Source: Perkinsus chesapeaki ATCC PRA-425 (Eukaryota; Protista; Perkinsozoa). Taken from it: a stretch of 35,050 nucleotides of DNA. Position 1 is the stretch's first letter. Every line of letters starts with the position of its first letter. Location of the stretch: assembly GCA_013115145.1 (NCBI GenBank), contig JAAPAO010000372.1, forward strand, positions 1 to 35,050, given 5' to 3'. Below are positions 21,548 through 31,074 of this stretch, in pieces. Both the position numbers and the translations under genes were made by a program. The notes under the pieces were generated by a model that had not been told where the DNA came from, did not search any database, and saw only the letters and a program-made list of their open reading frames with translations.

Positions 21548-22336
21548 TGTGATGGTGCATCATGACTGTTGTCAATATAACTCATTTGAGTTTTTAAGTT
21601 GCCGGGAAAGGAGTCGTATAAACCAGCATGGGCTCAAACGCCAACTTTATTATCCTACAGGAGCAACAGGTTAAACTGACGGGCTTAATGACAAAATAAA
21701 TAACACAAACAGCGAGGATTGAACGAAAGTTACGAATTTCTAGAAATAGCAGCTTTCAATGCTCGAAGTCGAACAAAGACCTTCTTCATCATCATCTTCC
21801 TCTACAATACGCGCAGACGACATACTTGGGAGCATGAAGGATGGGGAGGGGTTGAGGCAGCCGGGTAACGGTGAACCCTTTGTTGAAGGATGAAACCTGT
21901 GAAACATATTCTTCATTCAACGTGACGATGTGGCATTGTTCCGCAGAATTTATCAACTGCTGTTGACCGAGTAATGTGAATCAATCAATTCAACACCCAA
22001 GCCTCAGCATCTAACACTCACTGCTTATTAACAACTGTGTCATGGAGGACGTTAATCGATCGAATCGAATCCATGAAGCCTCATGGTCCATTAAATACTC
22101 TGTCATGGCAGCAGTGAACTTCATTGAGGGCACATCCGTTCACCAGATCTCCGTACCCTGAAACGTACGCCCAGAAAGCATACTGTTAGTAGATGATGGG
22201 AGCTGTAGCGAGGAGAGCTAATAAGAGAGCTTTGAAATGGAGCGGGGTGGTTGTGTCGCCACTTCTTCCTCTTTACGATAGATCTTCCAGCTGAAGCGCT
22301 GCTGACTACTCTGTATGGGGCAAAGCCGTTATTCCT

Positions 22337-22385
22337 TCGCTCGCCTTTAGACGAGTCATGGTTCCTTCGCTCGCCTTTGGAGACG
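22337..22385 (+). promoter_or_regulatory. Duplicated upstream motif TCGCTCGCCT..(G)AGACG of paralog B
   Basis: Two copies at 22337 and 22367. The proximal copy ends about 120 nt before the ATG. Confidence 0.6.
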
Positions 22386-22506
22386 AGACATGTTAAAGAA
22401 GAGCAGTCCCCTCATCTCTTTGTTCACTCTATCATAACATTCTTTATCCAACGTTGAGGCACCAGTATGTGTGATAGTTTCATTTCGAATCTGTGACTAC
22501 GATTGA

Positions 22507-23574
22507 ATGAGATTCTTCACATCATTGCTCTATTATCTGGATATATCTCTCGTACTGGCAACAAAGGGCATGCTGGAAGATGGCTACAAACCTTTGCCAC
22601 TCTTAATGGGAGAGAGTGATGAAGGGGCAAGATATTATGTACTTCTGACCCCTGCAAACACAAAGGGAAAGACCTGGTCTGGGGACCAGTACTATTCCGA
22701 AGAGGGCTACGAGTGCCGCCCGTTTGTTTTCCTCGACAAGCCGTCTCGCAAGGCTTCAGCTGCTACTGTGAGTGCCTACGTGGTAGACAAAGAGAATGGA
22801 TCTCAATTCTTTGCTGGTGAACCCAGTATCACCCAAGACACTTGCGTCAGAGAACTAAAACGTTACGATCCAACGGTGGAACCCCAACACAGTACACTCC
22901 TGCTGACCGGTACTTTCTCACTCGATGATCCAAGTGTAAAGTCTCTGAACAATATGTATAAAAATGAAGAACTTCTCTATAAAGTGACTGGTGAGGAGCA
23001 GCCTGCTGCCAATGCTTTATATTATGGGTTCGTCAAGAATAATCTAGAGGTGAAAGTGAGCACCGATGCGAAGAGGAAGATCAAGACCGTTGAAGTTGAG
23101 GACTCCACGGGTGTTGGATACGGAAGGTTTCAATTCTTGATGCTTGGCAAGGCCATGCTAGTGAGACTGCGGAATGCTCAACAACGGAGGACCCTAGTCC
23201 TCGAGCCAGTTGATAAAGACAAGTTCGCTGGGAAGGCGACATTCGTGGATGCCCGACTCGACTCTTTCGAAGGTGAGCCTTTCAGTAAGGATCGCCTGCC
23301 TGCTCTATTGAACCTGAAGAAGCCCAAGAATAAACCGTCCTTGGCCGCACGCGTGAGGGAATTCAGTCTTTCATCGAGGCCTCAAACTGCGCCATTACAG
23401 AATGACGGGGCGAAGGGTGCAGGTGAGGCAGTAGGCGAAGACAGTGGGAGAAAATCGGATGAGAATTCATCCTCGAGACTTTGGGGATCAATTAGGAAAC
23501 GGATTCTTTCAGCGAGATCCCGTAGGACGAGCAGCACGTCAACAGAAAAGCGGTCAAAAGAGGATGGCAAATAG
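22507..23574 (+). CDS. Secreted hypothetical protein, paralog B (intronless, 355 aa)
   Basis: Long ORF with a hydrophobic N-terminus. Motifs RYYV, GSQFF, ALYYGF, LGKAM, LEPVD and EGEP are shared with A and C. Confidence 0.88.
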   Translation: MRFFTSLLYYLDISLVLATKGMLEDGYKPLPLLMGESDEGARYYVLLTPANTKGKTWSGDQYYSEEGYECRPFVFLDKPSRKASAATVSAYVVDKENGSQFFAGEPSITQDTCVRELKRYDPTVEPQHSTLLLTGTFSLDDPSVKSLNNMYKNEELLYKVTGEEQPAANALYYGFVKNNLEVKVSTDAKRKIKTVEVEDSTGVGYGRFQFLMLGKAMLVRLRNAQQRRTLVLEPVDKDKFAGKATFVDARLDSFEGEPFSKDRLPALLNLKKPKNKPSLAARVREFSLSSRPQTAPLQNDGAKGAGEAVGEDSGRKSDENSSSRLWGSIRKRILSARSRRTSSTSTEKRSKEDGK

Positions 23575-23796
23575 ATGGAGGATTGTTGGTGTTATTATTT
23601 AATGTACTGTATTTAATCAATAAAAGATATAATCCATTAATAGTCTATAAATGATATTTATTTAATATTATTTTATTATGATGTTATTAATAATACCAAA
23701 ACCATTATTCATTTGTATGTTGTATGACACCATGATGTTTATCAATCAACTCATACCGAGTTTTGTTAAAGTTCAAGAATAATGGTAAACCAGAAA
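23556..23796 (+). repeat. Shared 3' element, copy 2 (core 23615-23774)
   Basis: Near-identical to copies 1 and 3. Its 5' part overlaps the last codons and stop of paralog B. Confidence 0.95.
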
Positions 23797-24466
23797 CATA
23801 CGAGCGCATACAACCAAGTTCTACTTGCGAACGAATTCTCTATCCGTCTTGACGACTTCGCACTATACAGTATAAACTTTATAGGTCTAACTGCCACCAA
23901 GACTGGGTCAAGCTTACTTATAACTGTATAGTATAAAGTCATCAAGACGGATTCTTATCAAATCAAGAGTATTCAACTTACGGGCGAGCAACGATGAACG
24001 GAATACGGGCTACTTGCAGACTCAGACTGAGTAATCAATCCGACTGGTCATCTCATGCAGCATTTCATCCTTACAAGTGTTACTAATATCAAATTTCAGT
24101 TGGTGGGTTATCAGCAAGTCGTAATGTGTGTGAGTTTATAGTCCAACGCCGAAATTGGCTTAGTTAGACTATCCATTCAATGTGCAGCTTCAGAGCGAGA
24201 ATTTAATACCTATACTGTTATTGCCACTGTAGGGTTTACCAAAAACGAATGTAACTAGTCTCCAGAGATCCTACTCCTCCTAGCAGAATTCACTTACGCA
24301 AACAAGGGCCTGTGTACAACTACCAAAACACAATGGCTCCCAAGGTGCGAGACCAGTAAGTCGTTATGAGGTTCAGTATTGAGCTTCCTTTTTTTACCGC
24401 TTCACTATGACAAAACGAACTTCGATAACATTTCCGGAAACATTGGTGCAATTCGACATGTTGAAT

Positions 24467-24761
24467 TCAATCATCATCTTTAAGCATCTCATCAACTTGT
24501 TCCCATCTTGTAAGGACAACCGGAGGAGCTTTCCCTTTAAGGCTCTCCTCGAAGCATTTGTTATATTCCTGAATAGACAAATGCTAACCGACTAAACCCT
24601 TCAATGTTTACCTTCAGTTCTGTCTCGCAGCGTTGAACTGCCGTGCGGGCCCTCTCCACGCTGCCTTCTGGTTGACAGGCGTCACGGAAGCAGTCAAAGA
24701 ACTTACTAGAGACTTCAGTGCAACCAGGGCGGACTATTGGGAAATGGGCAGGAAGAGACAT
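24467..24761 (-). CDS. Twin Cx9C (CHCH-type) small protein, 83 aa, 2 exons (24761-24612, 24568-24467)
   Basis: Removing the 43-nt GTAAAC..TTCAG intron gives CTEVSSKFFDC and CETELKEYNKC, both exactly Cx9C. Confidence 0.8.
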
Positions 24762-24824
24762 AGCTGGCCAAAAGCTAAACTTGAATTTTAATTTAGGAAA
24801 ACTCAGGTCAATGTGATAGAAATG

Positions 24825-27314
24825 TTAAGTCTTGTGAAGCTCAATATAGTCACCAATCTCAACCGGCACTCGTTTAAGTGGACCACTTTGATGTTTGCCC
24901 AACTTCGGTCGCAAGAGTACAACGCGACCTCCGGGGCCAGTAACTGGGAAAATAATCAACTAACAAACCTGTCCATTTCTCACCTGACGCTCGGAGACTC
25001 TTCTTCCGTCCCATCTTCACAGCGTCCTCGCGATCAGCGAACGACACGAAACCAAACGGTCGCGATTTATCATCTCGCTTGATTGGTGGGCGGAATTTGC
25101 CGGGAATTCGCACATGATTGACGACACCGAACTCGGAGGCAACTTGCTTCAAAACATCCTCTGTTACTTCTTCAGCTACTTCCCAATCGTAACCGACGAA
25201 GACATCGGTGCATCTGATCATCTAATGCCAGCAGCTGGAAATCGGATAACTTACCCATTTAGGTTGTTGTAATGTTTGTTGCGGAGGTTAACGCTGGCGA
25301 ACTCTACAACACAATTGCCTCGCCACTCGAGCTCTCCCTGGAGAAGAGAAGTCATGTCGTATACCTCTCTCCTCTTCACACAAATATTTTCTATCAGAAC
25401 ATCATCTATTAGCCGGCTGTTGTGTTGGGTGGTACAACTGATACCATAAGTTCTCCTCACCGACTTTGATTCCATATAGGGATATGCAATAAACTCCGCG
25501 AACATCGCCAATCCTATTTTTCCAGTACTGGACCGTAACGCGCACTCGAGGGATGATTAATGATTATAAACCACATAGATGTTAACGAATCGCAGAGGGA
25601 TATACTTACTTGCGGAGTCGGCTGCTGAAGCTCCCATGTGACGGTATGAATGGCAGAGGCGTCGGGGAAGAGCGCGGACAGCTCAGCATCTCGCCACTCA
25701 GATGGAATATGTTCGACCTAATCAGTGTCGCTAAGCCCCATCATGGCAAGCTCTCCCCACAGCGATTTCTCTTTCCCTCAGTGGTGGACCAATCTTCAAT
25801 GCATGAGACAGCTCGAGTGCCTTCTCGTCGTCCGGTGCATTTTGTTCGTTTGCCTGCTTACCCAACTCGACAGCAACACATCCCTCCACAATATTGATAA
25901 CGTCGGTGGATTCCGCCAGCAGGGGGTCGGTGATGGTGTGATCTGGGCACAGGTGAGTTGATCACCGCAGCCGAGGAACGCATCACCTACCTTTGTGACG
26001 TGTCCCGAGTTTGGCATCTCCTAGGACAGCTTGTCGAAGCTGGTCATGCGTCAGAGGCAATTTGATGTAAGCATCGTCCTTGTTGAATTTGGATGCATCA
26101 ATTTCGAATAAATGAGTCATCTGATAACCAAGGCACCCTGGTTCGAATCCCACTCCCGGTAACTTTTCTTACGGGAAGCCAACACTCATGTCGAATCTCC
26201 AAGGCCCTGGCTGGTAGCATAGTCTGACATATCAGCACTCAGATAATCGTGGCCTCCTCTCTGTTGAAATACCATGCAAAGGATAATCGTCCCACTATGC
26301 ATCAGATTCATCACTTTGTGTCGGGCAGCACTCAACGTCAGAGAATCATCATCATCCGTGATGGCTTCTATTCCTGATATGCCCAATGGCGAGCCCGACT
26401 AGAGTTCGTAACACACCTGTGTGAGTTGGTCGGATATCTGCCACAGCGCCGAGTGGCTTCACCTTAAGGTCGAGGATAACCTTGTTGGGCTGAATAAGAT
26501 ACTCGGTCGCCGCAGCTGGCATGGAAGCTCACTTGGGCATAGTCGCGAACCACAACTCGGCACACTTCCCGGCCAAGAGTCCTTCCGTCACTGGGATCCA
26601 ACGTGGAACACATCCCCACGCTGATGGCAATCACATCACGCCTCCGAGTCGGGGATGATGGCTCCGTTGCCTGACCGATCGCTGGTGTGTCTCGCTCAAG
26701 CCCTAAACTAGTTTATTTCCAAATTGCCAGTTAAGTTAATTCACCTCTTGTAGAAGGCCAACTCTTCGCATCGGCATCCGGGTCGATAAGAGGCTCGAGA
26801 CCTCGAGCGCTCCCACTCAGCCGAGCACGTATTAACAATCGTGTGTGAAGGCAAGTCAGGACCTACAACAGACGTCTAAAACTATTCGGATTCCTCGGGG
26901 TACATTCTCAGGTATCTCGTAGGACTTGGCCTGCATGGCTGCAACGGCCGGATGACGGATCCTCTTTGGTTTTGGTATTGCCAGCGGTGGCGTGACCAAC
27001 CGACTAGCATTCGGCTCCAGTGCTTCGGCCGGTCTGAGGTGCATTACTGCAATACCTGAGGTGCGTCGAGCGACGTACCTCTTTTTAGTCGATTTTGTCG
27101 ATTTCTCATCAACCCACAGTGACGACAAAACATCCCCTTTCCCAGCCTCTCGCCGCAACAGATCGGCCACATCGTTCATTCGACCGGTGAGGAGCACGCG
27201 CTCAAGTCTAGTTATCTCATCAACCGTCTCTGCTGCTTCTATAGCAGCTTTAAGCCGTGACACGTCAGCTGGGGATAGCTTGTTCGATATTGGAGCACCG
27301 CCGGGAGCGGACAT
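24825..27314 (-). CDS. REXO5/REX1-like degenerate DEDDh exonuclease domain + RRM domains, with a U2A'-like N-terminal helical motif; many exons
   Basis: Spliced product VIAISVGMC..GREVCRVVVRD..LIQPNKVILDL..SGI..SLTLSAARHKVMNLMHSGTIIL..LEIRH follows the REX1 exonuclease pattern. RRM features: VEHIPSEW, RGNCVVEF and RPFGFVSF. Confidence 0.7.
26121..26172 (-). other. 52-nt intron that is an antisense tRNA-gene 3' end
   Basis: Intron GTAAGAAAAG..TATCAG. The plus strand reads CCTGG-TTCGAAT-CCCAC-TCCCGGT-A-ACTTTT. Splicing gives an in-frame ECWLP|MTHLF junction. Confidence 0.78.
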
Positions 27315-27882
27315 TAAATATTGTCAGTGAAGAACTTATACGACACAAGTGTACATCCCCCCGATCATAGCAGAACGCGGTCGTTTGACCCCCTGGCCCG
27401 AATCGCTCCGGGCGATGCGGTGCTCCCATAGTCTCTCCAGTCTGCTTTATTCGACTTTGATAAACCGTCCCGTTCCGCACGCATGGCGAGAGAACACAAC
27501 TCATTCATCGTAGGTTGAGATGACTTTGAAAATGTACTATTTGGAGAGGAGGATAAAGGATGAGGGGCAGACAGGATGGTTGACAAACAAGACAGCGAAA
27601 CCATCGCGCAGGAGCGGTATAAAGAGACCAATTACAAAGCTCGGTCGTCTATTAAAATATCTTGAACATTAATCCTTTTATGCTGCGCAGCTATAATCGT
27701 GCGTCAAATTCTCACAATGTGAGGTTCACATTCAGGATTACCCCTCTTCCCTCAGTTACACGCATCCTGCATTAATAAATCATACCGTTTTGGTATAGCT
27801 GAATCAGGGTGAACCAGATATATAAGCGATGAACGGTTTGTTGGCTCGTTCGTGACGAACCAGCTGCGTGGCGCTCAATTAC

Positions 27883-28003
27883 TCGGCTCGTTCATTAAAG
27901 TGGTTTTGATTTCGAAAACCGGTTCTAGAACTGGTTTCGTGGAAGTTGCGTTCACCAAACGGGTTCTAGAACCAGTTTCGTCAAAATTTAATGAACAAGC
28001 CGA
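27883..28003. repeat. Imperfect long inverted repeat (MITE-like hairpin)
   Basis: TCGGCTCGTTCATTAAA..TTTTGA..CGAAAACCGGTTCTAGAAC pairs with GTTCTAGAACCAGTTTCGTCAAAATTTAATGAACAAGCCGA. Confidence 0.75.
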
Positions 28004-28028
28004 CTAAACGCGTAGTTCATGAAAACTA

Positions 28029-28069
28029 TCGCTCGCCATTAGACCCGCACTCGCTCGCCTTAAGAGACG
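28029..28069 (+). promoter_or_regulatory. Duplicated upstream motif TCGCTCGCC..GAGACG of paralog C
   Basis: Copies at 28029 and 28051. The proximal copy ends about 115 nt before the ATG. Confidence 0.6.
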
Positions 28070-28184
28070 AGACATGTTGCAATTGAGCAGCATAATATTT
28101 CCATTATCTGTTCTATTATCTTATTCACTTGTTAATGTGATATAGTGTGTGATAGTTTTATTTCGTATCTGTTAATAAGATTAA

Positions 28185-29132
28185 ATGATCTTTCAATCAT
28201 CTATCTGTCGTATTATTATTGCATGTCTAATGTTGGTAGTATCACAAGTTAGAAGTAGGGCAGTTAAGAAGATGCCACCAGCACATTTCATATTCGGAGA
28301 TGATGGCCACGGTAGAAGATATTATGTAGATGTTATCCCAGAAGGCATGGAGCTGGTTCATGAAGACCATTTCACGTATATTGCTGACGGGTATGCTTGC
28401 TCACAAAGAACCATTACTCAACGCTACTCGGACACAGCGCCTCGCTGGGTGTACATTTCCACGACTGATGAGGAGAAGGGCTCTCAAAACTTCCGAGGTG
28501 AGCTGGATATCTCCGACGAGGAATGCGTTGCCACATTCCAACTTCTCGAAGACGTACGCCCACAAAGCGGTCCGTTGAAAGTCGTCGATAACATCGGCAA
28601 AGACCAACCTCTTCTCAAGTCCTTCAATGAGATGTATCGAAATGGGAAACTTCGATACATGCAGTTTCACGAAGTTGACAAACCTGCCTCAAATGCTCTT
28701 TACTATGGATTTAAGAAAGATGGATTCGACGTCCAGATTACTACAGATGGCGACGGAAGGATAAACTCAGTAGTGAAGAATGACCCAAAGGGATTGAAGT
28801 TTAAGCGGTTGGTCTATGTAATGTACGGTAATGCGATGAAGGTAACGTTCTATGATCAAAGTGTAACAATGCATATAAACCTAGAACAAGTTGACAAAGG
28901 CAAGGGTAAGGAGGGATTCGCCCAGTCCCGCGTGCCTGTGGCGGAAGGAGAACCTCTGAACCAAAAAAAACTAATGGCTTTGGTGTACCCAGAGGAACCC
29001 GAGAGCCCGAAGACTTCATCCGTTGGTAACTTCTTATCGAAATTCGGTCTTGGTAAGAAGCGTCAATATCGCCGAGTTGGCAGCCACTCTTCGAGCGAGG
29101 ATGATGAGCAGGAATCACTCCTTGGTGAGTAA
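28185..29132 (+). CDS. Secreted hypothetical protein, paralog C (intronless, 315 aa)
   Basis: Signal-peptide-like MIFQSSICRIIIACLMLVVSQVRS. Motifs RRYYV, GSQNF, ALYYGF, MYGNAM, LEQVD and EGEPL. Confidence 0.88.
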   Translation: MIFQSSICRIIIACLMLVVSQVRSRAVKKMPPAHFIFGDDGHGRRYYVDVIPEGMELVHEDHFTYIADGYACSQRTITQRYSDTAPRWVYISTTDEEKGSQNFRGELDISDEECVATFQLLEDVRPQSGPLKVVDNIGKDQPLLKSFNEMYRNGKLRYMQFHEVDKPASNALYYGFKKDGFDVQITTDGDGRINSVVKNDPKGLKFKRLVYVMYGNAMKVTFYDQSVTMHINLEQVDKGKGKEGFAQSRVPVAEGEPLNQKKLMALVYPEEPESPKTSSVGNFLSKFGLGKKRQYRRVGSHSSSEDDEQESLLGE

Positions 29133-29156
29133 AAAGCAATGGTGAGAAGAGCAGAG

Positions 29157-29351
29157 TGTTGGTGTTAATAATCAATAAAAGATATAATCCATTAATAGTC
29201 TATAAATAATATTTATTTAATATTATTTTATTATGATGTTATTAATAATACCAAAACCATTATTAATTTGTATGTTGTATGACACCATGATGTTTATCAA
29301 TCAACTCATACCGAGTTTTGTTAAAGTTCAAGAATAATGGTAAACCAGAAA
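29157..29351 (+). repeat. Shared 3' element, copy 3 (core 29170-29329)
   Basis: 2 differences to copy 2 and 3 to copy 1 over the 160-nt core. Shares an extra 3' stretch (AAGAATAATGGTAAACCAGAAA) with copy 2. Confidence 0.95.
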
Positions 29352-30025
29352 TATAAATGTTAAATACTGTTCGGATGGCATACAGCCTTCTTTTACTTTC
29401 ATATATATATAACCGCTGACCAAACATTTACCATCAATCAGCATTAGCTCACAGACCTATCACCTCGACCCCCAGGAAAACGCAACTCAGATTTCAGCGC
29501 TTGGCGAAATCATGTAGCTGCGCGGAACTGGCAGGACGATGTCCCATGCTAAACTGCTATTTTCTATTCGAGCCTTCACGGCCAACTCGGCTATGGATAA
29601 GTTGCTATGATGAAATGCGGATGACGCTCCGCATTATGTTCATGATTGTGTGGGGGGCACTTGCTCCTCCACGCTAATAATAAAGCTACGACTACCGCTA
29701 AGCTACAGGAGCCTCCTTCTGCGGAGACCGAAAGTAACCGTTGCCGTGCCTGACGGTTACAACCATACGAGGGTTATCCGGTAAAATTCTCACTAATGCG
29801 GGTTATCTCCGAGTCAAATTGGTCCGGAGAGACTGAGTAGTATTTACGTTTTGGCCTGGTAACTCCCGATGTAGCAACTGAGAGAAGCAGCCTTATAGTA
29901 TTCGACAGCTTGTCTTGGTTACTGGTTTGGGAATGTCGCGTCTCAAACAGAAGGCAGCTCAGCCTTAATATTATATTCTCCTATTAACCACTACGCTGAA
30001 CCGATCTAGCGACAAAGGCTGTTGC

Positions 30026-31030
30026 TTATTTTGTATATATGTATACTATTTCCAAAACCAAAAACACTACACCTGCTCTTACTAGTTCTACCCGAATTTG
30101 TAGGAAAACCGAAAACTGAATTTTTGCACTGATAAGATAAGGAAGCGATAAATACATATCTCCCAGACTAAACCCGTGCACCGAACGTTGCAATCCGAGC
30201 ATCAGATCAACAACGTGGAATAGTCGACGAATTTCCGCCAAGTCTTTCGCGCCCCGTCCGTTATACCTTGGTTGGGACTCCTGCTGTCGCCGGGAACAGC
30301 AGACAGAGGGACAGCCGAACTTGTGTTGCTGATGCCCAAGGAGGTAATCTCTTCTGGTAATAAGGGAAGCACGGGCAAGCCTAAGATATCATTATTGAGT
30401 GACCACTGTAATTGAGTAGTGGGGATCATTTCCTTCACCAAACTGATCTCCCACCGAATGGAACTATGCAGCCGAACAGCCGCGTAAAGGCCTTCGTAGA
30501 GACTTTAACTATAACACCCATCTTATGCTCTCCCGACTTATCATCTATCATCAAAGCTACTAAAGAGGCTTCATTAAGAACCTCCCCACAAGCGTGCAAG
30601 TGGCGTACGCGTACGTCTCCGTGACACATGCGAAGAGTCTACTATCATGGACCATCGGTAAAGCTCATTTGTAAATTATTTTGTATGACATCTTGGGATT
30701 GAAATTGATATATATTCTCTTCTTTATAATACAGTGTATTTTCAACCCTCCTCCCCTTACCTTCATCTTCCATATCATAAGCTCCATCAGAATAATCATC
30801 ACCAAGCCGCTGGCAGGTTGCTTGGATAACTGTTGGTGCCAAACCAGCAGGCACGCTACAGGCAACCTGAACAGAGAATCAAAACCCCAAACGCATTCGA
30901 GCTTACACTGTTTCTAGTTAACAAAGTTGAAGAGAAGGGTGCTGGTAGGGAGGAAGGGCAAAGGGACATCACGGAGCAAGGTAGCTGAGATGATAAGCGA
31001 ATCTTCCCTCCGCACATAAACATCAAAAAC
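30026..31030 (-). CDS. Hypothetical multi-exon protein; boundaries uncertain
   Basis: Coding-like minus-strand segments with GT/AG borders (VACSVPAGLAPTVIQATCQRLGDDY.., YAAVRLHSSIRWEISLVKEMIPTTQLQWSLNNDILGLPVLPLLPEE). Confidence 0.35.
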
Positions 31031-31074
31031 TAGCTCAGGAGAAACATTCAGTATCAACTTGTAATAATCCTCAA

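Noticed and set aside
6004-29351. Reading the repeated 160-nt element or the tRNA fragments as CRISPR or integron attC arrays
   Set aside because: The context is eukaryotic, there is no regular repeat-spacer period, and no cas or integrase gene is present.
29396-29412. (AT)n run downstream of element copy 3
   Set aside because: Short microsatellite, not shared by copies 1 and 2, so not a retroposition tail.
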